A DNA stretch of 64,000 nucleotides from a virus, in IMG/VR virus record IMGVR_UViG_3300020034_000007, positions 11,924 through 75,923 of that record; one strand, 5' to 3'. Of the stretch, positions 56,395 through 64,000 are shown piece after piece. A model generated the notes under the pieces. It saw only the letters and a program-made list of their open reading frames with translations. It searched no databases and was not told the DNA's origin. Numbering within the stretch: position 1 is the stretch's first letter; the number at the start of each line of letters is the position of its first letter. Position numbers and translations under genes: made by a program.

Positions 56395-56983
56395 GACAGG
56401 CCAGTGTACAGCAGGCTGGCATGAGGGAACCAAGCCTAAGACACGGTTCGGAGATCCGATCCAGGTCTGTCGTATGTGGCAGCAGTGTCCCTGTGACTGC
56501 CATGCGAGCATTACCGAGATGTTCACCATGGCCCAGTCGGAGCGAGAGCTCCTCGATAATCCTGACTATATGCCTAAACCCCCGCCGTATTACATGCCAG
56601 TCTTTGGAGTTGACTACGGCATACCAAAGCCTGCGCCAGCACGGGTGTCATTAGACGGGTCCACGTCGGAGGGAACGTCCCCGTACGGATCGGACACCAG
56701 CACGGGTAGCCGTGGTGCCCTAGAAGCTGCCGTGCTAGATATCTGCCAATCTCTTGAGCCATCCTTGGATGAAATCTACACGACAAAGTGGATCGCAGAG
56801 CAGGTTGCTGATAAGTTCTCGTGCAATCCTCCCTCCACGGGTGCCATCCAGGCCGTGCTAGAGCGCTGGACTAAGATCGATTTCGCCATCATGGGCAAGA
56901 AGCCGGTACGCTTTATAGCCATCACACCTGAGGGCGAAAAGGATGGATTGGAACTCATGAAAGCACGGGCGAAGCGAGCATGA
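56381..56983 (+). CDS. Cys-rich N-terminus + winged-helix protein
   Basis: CTAGWHEG...CPCDCH; PPSTGAIQAVLERW. Confidence 0.75.
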   Translation: MPALKTGQCTAGWHEGTKPKTRFGDPIQVCRMWQQCPCDCHASITEMFTMAQSERELLDNPDYMPKPPPYYMPVFGVDYGIPKPAPARVSLDGSTSEGTSPYGSDTSTGSRGALEAAVLDICQSLEPSLDEIYTTKWIAEQVADKFSCNPPSTGAIQAVLERWTKIDFAIMGKKPVRFIAITPEGEKDGLELMKARAKRA

Positions 56984-57303
56984 GCTTACTTGTAATTATT
57001 GTATTCTTTGTGGGCTGTTTTGTTCTTGGCTGGCTGGGTCCGGTTTGGTTTGGTAATAAGTTTTATCTCGGCCAGGCTTGTATATGGAGTATGATTGTTA
57101 TTTACAGTACAGTTACAGGAGGTAACCTCGGGTGGCGAGCTGTAAATCTCGGTCTGGTTATTATTTTCTTTGCTATCTGGTGGAACGGTCGTCCTCCGAA
57201 AGATCATGGTAAGCTTCGTCGTGCTATAGGAGCTCGCATGCAGGCCATCATTGATCGCATGACCGAGATAGCCAGACCTGCACATGGGAATTTTCATGCC
57301 TGA
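56980..57303 (+). CDS. Membrane protein (3 TM)
   Basis: Three hydrophobic segments and a basic tail. Confidence 0.7.
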   Translation: MSLLVIIVFFVGCFVLGWLGPVWFGNKFYLGQACIWSMIVIYSTVTGGNLGWRAVNLGLVIIFFAIWWNGRPPKDHGKLRRAIGARMQAIIDRMTEIARPAHGNFHA

Positions 57304-57727
57304 GGTCTGGATCATCACAGGTGGGCGGAACTATAAAAACAGGTCGAAGGTAGAGTCATTTCTTCTGGATGTCGACCCAGAGACCATTATCCGTCATGGT
57401 GCCTGCAAAACAGGTGTAGATAGCTTCGCAGAGAACTTCTGGCATGACGTGCTTAAACGCGAGACTGATCCCCATCCTGCAGACTGGAATGGCAAATGCA
57501 TAGTAGGCTTTTGCAAGCCTGGTCACAGGCGTCGCAGAGGTGGTGGCTCAACTTACTGTCTAGCTGCAGGTAACTGGCGCAATAAGCTCATGGCCGAGAT
57601 GGAGCCTAAAGCCAGTAGGTGTGTCGCATTCAGGGGTGGATCAGGTACTCATGACATGATGCAGTGCGCGAGGAATAATCACATCGGGCTTCAAACTATC
57701 GGCTTCGACGACCTGACCATCTTCTGA
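57296..57727 (+). CDS. SLOG/YspA-family (DUF2493-like) protein
   Basis: IITGGRNY, IRHGACKTGVD, HPADW, AAGNWRNKLM and AFRGGSGT. Confidence 0.85.
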   Translation: MPEVWIITGGRNYKNRSKVESFLLDVDPETIIRHGACKTGVDSFAENFWHDVLKRETDPHPADWNGKCIVGFCKPGHRRRRGGGSTYCLAAGNWRNKLMAEMEPKASRCVAFRGGSGTHDMMQCARNNHIGLQTIGFDDLTIF

Positions 57728-58017
57728 TGACCATTTCTGAACGCAACCAGAAGCAAACCGGTATACCTCTCAGGGTATTCTTGTATACCCTAGATCAGAT
57801 CAGTCTCATGGTAGAGATTCCAGTAGCAACTCTCGAGAAAACTTACATCCACTTCGAAGGCAGAACTATTGCCACATACAGACCTGAAAAAATGAGGGCT
57901 CGCAATATATCTGCACGTGAGGACATTCCAGAATGGAGGGTAGCCGATAAAGAAGTAATTCGTTGGCTTAAGAATCGTGGGTTCAAGGTTATCGAACGAG
58001 GATGGGTGCAAAACTAA
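57727..58017 (+). CDS. Putative DNA-binding protein
   Basis: FLYTLDQIS...WRVADKEVIRWL. Confidence 0.65.
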   Translation: MTISERNQKQTGIPLRVFLYTLDQISLMVEIPVATLEKTYIHFEGRTIATYRPEKMRARNISAREDIPEWRVADKEVIRWLKNRGFKVIERGWVQN

Positions 58018-58172
58018 TGATCGTCAGTATTATAATTCAGGTTGATGACGAGGACAACGTAGATATGATTCGGTCTCACGTAGAGGAGCAGGCCAATCAG
58101 ATCGCTCGTACTGTCGAGCCAAAGACTTACGAAGAAGAAGAAACCGTCAGCTGGACCGTGGAAGATAACTGA
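58017..58172 (+). CDS. Small acidic protein (51 aa)
   Basis: TAATG coupling; ends just before the terminator. Confidence 0.55.
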   Translation: MIVSIIIQVDDEDNVDMIRSHVEEQANQIARTVEPKTYEEEETVSWTVEDN

Positions 58173-58177
58173 GAGAA

Positions 58178-58217
58178 AACCCCCGACAGTAGCCCTGGTA
58201 ACTAACTGTCGGGGGTT
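58178..58217. terminator. Bidirectional hairpin between convergent genes
   Basis: aacccccgacagt / actgtcgggggtt. Confidence 0.75.
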
Positions 58218-58234
58218 ACTTGGTTCTCTAGAAG

Positions 58235-58522
58235 TTAGACCTGCTCGCGAACGTCACCAGCCGTGACCGAGATGGTAGCCACTCCACCAGCCACCACATC
58301 GATCGCCTCGGTAACAGACAGGCCACTAGCGGCCTCACTGAAGGTAACGACGGCCGATCCCGGGTTGCCAGCAACCGCAGTGAAGGTGTCACCGGCCTGG
58401 GTAACCGTCACTACCGTCTCGTCAGACGACGTAGCGCTGAACGCTTCGCCGTCGACATCGAAACCCTTGGCATCCTTGCCAGCGAGGGTGTAGTCGACTT
58501 CCTGGGTGTCAGAGAGCTGCAT
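58235..58522 (-). CDS. Small Ig-like (Big_2-type) protein, lone antisense gene
   Basis: MQLSDTQEV...SSDETVVTV...GSAVVT...IDVVAG; SD gaagga; GC3-rich codons. Confidence 0.75.
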   Translation of the reverse strand: MQLSDTQEVDYTLAGKDAKGFDVDGEAFSATSSDETVVTVTQAGDTFTAVAGNPGSAVVTFSEAASGLSVTEAIDVVAGGVATISVTAGDVREQV

Positions 58523-59067
58523 TTCCGTTCCTTCCGGTTGGCGAGGTGATACTGAGTGATCACTCTGTTCGCGGACAAGCCCGGCGCGTAGACGAACATA
58601 GGCGCTTGATGTTCCCTCGAGAAATGTTGCCACCAGGTCGGCATCTACGAGGATCATTGCGATTGATTCGTTACGCTTCCAGAACTCGTTCTGCTCTATA
58701 ACGAATCGCAGAGCATCTTCACGAATACTTGTCACGCCTGGTAGCATAGCATGACTTGATGATCATGGGTCTCCTGTCCGAAATCGCCCGAATTTGCCGA
58801 TGGGCTTGCATCGTTACATATAGGTGCGGTAGGTTGACCGACAACACGAAGGGGGGTGCATCATGACTGGCTTTGATTAAACGCCCTTAATGGGCACGCG
58901 TGATAGCTTCAGTGAGGTATCTGCTATCCGCACTTTAATGAGATTGTTTATTAGATTTGAACGGAGTCGGATCAGGTGGAGAACATCCGAAGAGGGTGTT
59001 TCTGCGAAGCCCCGACCAGTAGGTCCGATAGGTCTAAGATAACCGCACAAGTCCAAGGAGTATAAAG

Positions 59068-60279
59068 ATGACTGTTGCTGTACCAGATTCATCAGGCGCC
59101 CTCGAACGGTACGGAGAGTACGAGGGACTGGGCCTGGAGGACGTTAAGGTCAGTGACCTTTCCGTCCCGCGCCTGAGCATCGTCAGTAAGACAGCCAAGA
59201 TCCAACATTCCGTTACCAAGGCTGAGTACGATTACCTCTACGTGATCATGCTGGCTCAGGTCAAGCAGCGGATCATGTGGCACAAGGATGTCGATGATAA
59301 CTACAAGTCTCCGCAGTGTAAGTCTACAGACTTCGATCATGGCTTTCCGAACGTTGATCCCAAGGCTCCTCCGAGTCGTCTCTTTCCGTGGGCTGAATCG
59401 AATTTCGATCCCGCCGCTGGGCCTCAGGGTCTCTACTTGCCTGAACTTTCCGAAGAGGCTGGTACACCTGCCCTTCCATGCGAGTCCTGCAAGTTTAAGG
59501 AGTGGAAGGACGGAAAGACTCAGTGCAAGGAGCAGCACTCGTATCCGCTACTCTGGGTTGATCCCGAGGATAACTCGTACAACCCTGCAATCCTCACGAT
59601 TCAGGGCTCGGGTATCAAGAATAGTCGGCAGTACGTGCAGACGTTTGCGACCAAGCGTAAGCCACTGTTTACTGCACTCACGCTGATTCAGTTGACTGCA
59701 GCTCGAAAGGGTAGCAACGACTACGCTATCCCAAACTTCACAAACGCTCAGGATACTGATCCCGCGTTGTTCGATGAGTACGCCGCTCAGACACGATCCA
59801 TGCGTGAATTCCTGCGCAAGCCTCCGCGTCGTCGGGAGGATGACTCAAACGATAGTGCTATCACTCCGGCACCTGCGGGCAACGTTAACGTTGCTCCCGT
59901 GGTGGTAGAGGTACCGGTTGCGTCTCAGGTTATTGCGCCTGTAGCACCCGTGGTACCCACTCCTGCTCCTCCGGTAGCTCCAGCTCCACCAGCTCCGCCA
60001 GTCGCTCCTGTTCCGGTGGCTACTTCCCCGGCTCCCGGCCCAGTAGCCCCTCCGGTTCCGCCGTCTGCACCTCCAGTTGCGGCACCAGCGCCCGCTCCTG
60101 TTCCTGCGGTCGCGCCTGTTCCACCGCCTCCCCCGGCACCGGTAGCTGCACCTGCTGTTGCACCTGCAGCTACCGTGCCGGTACCCCCGCCGCCGCCCGT
60201 GCCTCAGTCTGCAGTGCCTGCTGCGACTGTGCAACCAGCACCCCCGGCGGCACCTGGCAGTAACGACCTTCCGTTCTAG
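59068..60279 (+). CDS. SSB-like/ssDNA-binding protein with Cys motifs and a Pro/Ala-rich tail ending NDLPF
   Basis: LSVPRLSIV...CKSTD...CESC...CKEQ; C-terminal tip like the SSB DDIPF motif. Confidence 0.6.
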   Translation: MTVAVPDSSGALERYGEYEGLGLEDVKVSDLSVPRLSIVSKTAKIQHSVTKAEYDYLYVIMLAQVKQRIMWHKDVDDNYKSPQCKSTDFDHGFPNVDPKAPPSRLFPWAESNFDPAAGPQGLYLPELSEEAGTPALPCESCKFKEWKDGKTQCKEQHSYPLLWVDPEDNSYNPAILTIQGSGIKNSRQYVQTFATKRKPLFTALTLIQLTAARKGSNDYAIPNFTNAQDTDPALFDEYAAQTRSMREFLRKPPRRREDDSNDSAITPAPAGNVNVAPVVVEVPVASQVIAPVAPVVPTPAPPVAPAPPAPPVAPVPVATSPAPGPVAPPVPPSAPPVAAPAPAPVPAVAPVPPPPPAPVAAPAVAPAATVPVPPPPPVPQSAVPAATVQPAPPAAPGSNDLPF

Positions 60280-60298
60280 GTCTAACGCCAGGATACAC

Positions 60299-60345
60299 GA
60301 CAAGGCCCAGAGTTCGCATGGTGAGGGTGGACTCTGGGCCTTGTC
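60299..60345. terminator. 15-bp inverted repeat
   Basis: gacaaggcccagagt / actctgggccttgtc. Confidence 0.7.
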
Positions 60346-60371
60346 TTCTCGACTCAATTCTAAGGATAACA

Positions 60372-60929
60372 ATGCTCTTCGGATTCAGCGATCCAGAGGA
60401 AATGCAAGCCGCTATGGATCGCGCTGAAATGGAAAAGGACGAATTTCATCATAGCCTTGAGAGTATCTGGCTTGGTCTAACTGATGATCAGCTACTTGTT
60501 CTCAGCTCTTACTTCCACTCGATCAGCCACAGTCATGATGGCATACTTCACCTGGCTATGTTGTCTGGTCGGCTCATGCAACGCCGTGCCGAGCGGATGA
60601 AGATCTGTGCACTCGATGGCAAGGATCACGAGGCCGAGCTAAAAGAGATGTCAGGCCAAGCCGGCAAACCAGATCTTCAGAAGAAGAAGCCTACACCTGA
60701 AGCTAGCCACCTTGATGATTGGGCTGAACCAGAGCAACAAAGTGGCGACCCAAGAGTCCTTAAGGCTCTTGAGCATGCAGATAATATGCGCAAGTGGAAT
60801 CTGGAATACACTAACAGTGGTCTACTTGTTTGCTCTAAGTGTAATATGGAATACGCGAGTCTAGAAGATCGAATGGTTAAATCCCCTGACAACTGCCAGG
60901 GCTGTCATCATAAGGCCAAGTTCGGCTGA
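60372..60929 (+). CDS. Hypothetical protein with C-terminal Zn ribbon
   Basis: CSKC...CQGC; SD aagga. Confidence 0.7.
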   Translation: MLFGFSDPEEMQAAMDRAEMEKDEFHHSLESIWLGLTDDQLLVLSSYFHSISHSHDGILHLAMLSGRLMQRRAERMKICALDGKDHEAELKEMSGQAGKPDLQKKKPTPEASHLDDWAEPEQQSGDPRVLKALEHADNMRKWNLEYTNSGLLVCSKCNMEYASLEDRMVKSPDNCQGCHHKAKFG

Positions 60930-61102
60930 TGGCTAGGCATGACCAAAGGTTACTACCCAAGAGGTCTAGCTACGTCTGTGAAACTTGTAAGGTTAAGAAA
61001 TGTAATGTCTGCGTAGATACACTGAGGACTGTTTATCTCGGGACAATTCCAGAGTCGCAGCGCCTGTGTAAATGTAAACACAAGTCACTGGAGGTAAAAT
61101 GA
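60929..61102 (+). CDS. Small Cys-rich protein (57 aa)
   Basis: CETC...CNVC...CKCKH; coupled on both ends. Confidence 0.6.
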   Translation: MARHDQRLLPKRSSYVCETCKVKKCNVCVDTLRTVYLGTIPESQRLCKCKHKSLEVK

Positions 61103-61431
61103 TCATTGACTGTGGTTACGAGGAGACGCATATCTATCCAGACGACTGGATCTTCGGTGGTGCTAACGGTCTAGATCCTAGAGCTGATCCACGTTGGCAG
61201 CCCACGACATACGAGTACCTGGATCAATTTGCTCAGTCAGTACATGTAACTCAGACACCACTATGCGACGAGGAGGCCCTTGATGAATTTACAAAGGTAT
61301 CCTCCTTCGGAAATCTGCGCCCCATATACCTCCAAGTTAAACGACCTGGCGAGGAGGAACAACTCCTTCCTTTCTCGTATGAAGAGTCTACGGATACGGT
61401 ATACCCTATGGAGCAATCCAGTAATGACTGA
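61099..61431 (+). CDS. Hypothetical protein
   Basis: SD ggagg; ATGA coupling. Confidence 0.6.
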   Translation: MIIDCGYEETHIYPDDWIFGGANGLDPRADPRWQPTTYEYLDQFAQSVHVTQTPLCDEEALDEFTKVSSFGNLRPIYLQVKRPGEEEQLLPFSYEESTDTVYPMEQSSND

Positions 61432-62872
61432 GCTTGCCGCCCGTAAATCTATGGCGTATATCAAAGATGAAACCGAGTACTTCGCTCATCAAGTCGAGGG
61501 TATACGCAAGATGGCTGGCATGCGATCGTTCATCCTGGCCGACGAGATGGGTCTAGGAAAGTCGATTCAAGCCTTAACGGTGTTCGCAATCGATGTCGTA
61601 TTGGGCTGGAGTAAGACCTGTATTATCGTCTGTCCAGCATCACTCAAGGAGAACTGGGCAGACGAGATTATCAAGTTCATGAACGATATTCCTTATGTCA
61701 TCATGCAAGGTACACCAGGTGTACGTACTGCACAGCTCATGGATTACCTACGAATCGATGGTCCAAAGGTTTTAATCTGCAACTACGAGCAAATTAAGAC
61801 ACATCTTCCTGAACTGAATACTATCGGCTTTGACGTTGCGATCTATGACGAAGCTCACTACATCAAGTCACCTAAATCACAACGGACCAAGGCTATCCAT
61901 AACTTGGCTGCTCGGCGTAACTTCCTACTGACCGGCACACCTCTTCTTAATCACGTCAATGAGATCTGGTCACTGCTACACCGTATCGACCCGAATAGAT
62001 TCCCAAAGTACTGGCAATTCGTCAATAGATTTTGCGTCTATGGTGGCTTTGAAGGACGCCAAATTATCGGCGTCAAGAATGAAAAAGAGCTCAAGGAGAT
62101 TCTCGGCGAGTATATGATCAGACGTCTCAAGAAAGACGTGCTTGATCTTCCCGAAGTTCAGATCATCGAACGACGAGTCACCCTTACGGAAACACAGCGC
62201 AAACTTTATACCAAGATCGAAGATGAACTCGAGATTGGTATGGCCGACGGGTCAACATCAGACTTCAACTGGCCGATCGTTCGAGCCACACGCCTTCGGC
62301 AGGCAGTTGGAACTACCTTCCCGTTTACAGGTGAAGATCACTCAGGCAAGCTAGACCTTGCATCCGAAGATGACATGGAGCTCCTGTCTAACGGTGAGAA
62401 AACAGTAACCTTCACTCAGATGCTACCAGTTCAGGAATGCTATATCAGGCGTCTTCAGAAGCTAGACTCTAGCATTCCTATCTGGATCCTTAATGGTGAG
62501 GTTCCTATCCCGCAGCGTATATCTACGGTCAACGCCTGGCGAGACCACAAGGGTCCAGCTGCACTTGTATGCATGCTTCAGGTCGCAGGTGTTGGTCTCA
62601 ATATGACTGCCGCTCGTCACGGAGCGTTCTTAGATAAACTTTTCGTACCTGGGCTTAACAATCAAGCCATCGATCGCATGCATAGGATTGGAGCGTCAGC
62701 CACACAACCAGTTCAGATCAGAGATTACCTTGCGCGCAACACTGTTGATACTCGACTTCAAAGCATCCTCAATCTTAAGACGAAATTGAGTGATGATATT
62801 ATCGAGGTCGATAGTAGCTGGACGCGTAAGATCATTGCCGCTCTTGCAGTTGAAGATGACGACGCGGCGTAA
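61424..62872 (+). CDS. SNF2-family (SF2) helicase/ATPase
   Basis: LADEMGLGKS, DEAH, LTGTP, GVGLN and QAIDRMHRIG. Confidence 0.93.
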   Translation: MTELAARKSMAYIKDETEYFAHQVEGIRKMAGMRSFILADEMGLGKSIQALTVFAIDVVLGWSKTCIIVCPASLKENWADEIIKFMNDIPYVIMQGTPGVRTAQLMDYLRIDGPKVLICNYEQIKTHLPELNTIGFDVAIYDEAHYIKSPKSQRTKAIHNLAARRNFLLTGTPLLNHVNEIWSLLHRIDPNRFPKYWQFVNRFCVYGGFEGRQIIGVKNEKELKEILGEYMIRRLKKDVLDLPEVQIIERRVTLTETQRKLYTKIEDELEIGMADGSTSDFNWPIVRATRLRQAVGTTFPFTGEDHSGKLDLASEDDMELLSNGEKTVTFTQMLPVQECYIRRLQKLDSSIPIWILNGEVPIPQRISTVNAWRDHKGPAALVCMLQVAGVGLNMTAARHGAFLDKLFVPGLNNQAIDRMHRIGASATQPVQIRDYLARNTVDTRLQSILNLKTKLSDDIIEVDSSWTRKIIAALAVEDDDAA

Positions 62873-62887
62873 CAGAAGGATGATATA

Positions 62888-63103
62888 ATGACATCAAGTC
62901 TAATCCCTACACTGGAGGATAGGTATTACACCGTCAAAGAAGTAGCAGGTATTTTCGGTGTTACTGATCTAACCGTGCGTCTCTGGATCACTCAGGGTAT
63001 CGGAAGTCCCAACAAAAGATTGTCCGCAGTTAAAATTGGCAAGTCCTGGAAGATCACTCTCCAGGCTATGGTGGAATGGGCTGGTGCGACTTATGGCGGC
63101 TAA
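62888..63103 (+). CDS. HTH_17/excisionase-like DNA-binding protein
   Basis: YYTVKEVAGIFGVTDLTVRLWI...AVKIGKSWKI. Confidence 0.85.
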   Translation: MTSSLIPTLEDRYYTVKEVAGIFGVTDLTVRLWITQGIGSPNKRLSAVKIGKSWKITLQAMVEWAGATYGG

Positions 63104-63683
63104 CGATCGCCTGATTTGGATTGACACCGAGACTACTGGACTCGAGCCAGCTGAAGGCTTGATCCTCGAAATCGGTATTGTTGTCACTGACCTCGACCTC
63201 AGATACCAGGATAGCTTTCACCGGGTGCTCTGGTCATCGCCAGGCTACGATAAGTACGTCACCGAGGCTACGCTAGGTGAGCTAGTATGGACGATGCATA
63301 CCAGTTCAGGTCTAATTACCGAGGCCGTCGAGGGTGGAGTTGACCCTACCTCGGTACAGGAAGATCTCTCGGAGTGGCTGAATGATCTTATGGTGGATCG
63401 AACTGAACCGATGTGTGGCAGCTCGATTCAGTTCGATCGCAACTGGCTTGAATATCATATGACAGATATTGCAGATCTGTTCAGTTATCGGAACATTGAT
63501 ATCAGTACCATCAAGGAACTGTGCCGCCGATACAATCCTGTCATCTACGGTCGTCTTGACGAGGTGACTCAGCCTCAAAAGCTTCACCGCGTAATTCCTG
63601 ACATTGATGACACCATTAACGAGTTTCGGTTTTACCGGGATAACTTCCTGTTTGACGCAGTCTCGGGGGAGTGGGCGGAATGA
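63093..63683 (+). CDS. orn: Oligoribonuclease (DEDDh exonuclease)
   Basis: LIWIDTETTGL, MHTSSGL, GSSIQFDR, FSYRNIDISTIKEL and LHRVIPDI. Confidence 0.88.
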   Translation: MAANDRLIWIDTETTGLEPAEGLILEIGIVVTDLDLRYQDSFHRVLWSSPGYDKYVTEATLGELVWTMHTSSGLITEAVEGGVDPTSVQEDLSEWLNDLMVDRTEPMCGSSIQFDRNWLEYHMTDIADLFSYRNIDISTIKELCRRYNPVIYGRLDEVTQPQKLHRVIPDIDDTINEFRFYRDNFLFDAVSGEWAE

Positions 63684-63775
63684 TAATTCTTCTGTTACTC
63701 GGCTTCGCTACTCTCGGAACGGTCGTAGGTTGGGAACTGTGTAGTCTTGTAAAAAAAGAGCGAGATAGGCCATGA
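63680..63775 (+). CDS. Small membrane peptide (31 aa)
   Basis: ATGA coupling on both ends; hydrophobic N-terminus. Confidence 0.45.
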   Translation: MIILLLLGFATLGTVVGWELCSLVKKERDRP

Positions 63776-63990
63776 ATGGACAAAGAATGGAACCGTCTGT
63801 TCCACGCATTATTAGAGACGGGATTATCACGGGAGTACATCAAACAGATACAAGACTTCTACAGGACGAATGCATTATCTGCAGAACAGATATCCGAACT
63901 ATGGCTTTCAAAGGAACCGGAGTCTGCTGCGAAAATTGTCGCAAGCTCCGAGACAGAGAGTCCAGTAGTCCAGGCGGACCTAGAAACTGA
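63772..63990 (+). CDS. Small Zn-finger protein
   Basis: CIICR...GTGVCCENC. Confidence 0.65.
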   Translation: MNGQRMEPSVPRIIRDGIITGVHQTDTRLLQDECIICRTDIRTMAFKGTGVCCENCRKLRDRESSSPGGPRN

Positions 63991-64000
63991 GGGCATGAAA

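Noticed and set aside
44745-60892. Minus-strand ORFs such as 44745-45347, 59092-59538 and 59845-60372
   Set aside because: They are shadows of plus-strand genes; the Arg/Cys-rich text reflects the Pro-rich sense strand.
54869-63103. Integrated prophage or classical int/xis/attP module
   Set aside because: No host genes or att junction in the window, no adjacent repressor, and the Xis-like HTH is far from the recombinase.
1-64000. Diversity-generating retroelement, retron or alternative genetic code
   Set aside because: No reverse transcriptase or TR/VR pair was seen. Genes are intact in the standard code and use TAG, TAA and TGA as stops.

Overview
This is a 64-kb segment of a tailed dsDNA (siphovirus-type) phage genome; no host genes are seen. 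An Actinomycetota host is inferred from an LAxTG sortase signal, a leaderless gene and actinophage-like proteins. Layout: (i) 1-26.4 kb, minus-strand morphogenesis operon: TGT/DpdA-like gene, TerL with intein, DUF935 portal, ClpP protease-scaffold, decoration protein, lambda-E-type capsid, Mu-like neck, four appendage genes, tail tube, frameshifted G/GT chaperones, tape measure and a truncated minor tail protein. (ii) 26.7-29.3 kb, plus-strand AEP primase and Zn-finger/DUF3987 helicase. (iii) 29.3-34.3 kb, minus-strand accessory genes (MazG, three paralogous Cys/His proteins, papain-like protease, HTH). (iv) about 2.3 kb of non-coding divergent DNA with repeats. (v) 36.6-64 kb, plus-strand early/middle genes: sigma70-type promoters, a dense structured-RNA island with tRNA-Asn and a 22-aa membrane peptide, AAA+/VWA pair, HNH, LAxTG surface protein, tyrosine recombinase, SLOG, SSB-like protein, SNF2 helicase and oligoribonuclease. 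Best leads: a DpdA/TGT-like transglycosylase fused to a Cys4/TerS-like region, the 1.5-kb RNA island, a class 3 intein starting with Asn, and a sortase-anchored phage surface protein. All family assignments are by-eye motif recognition, not database searches.
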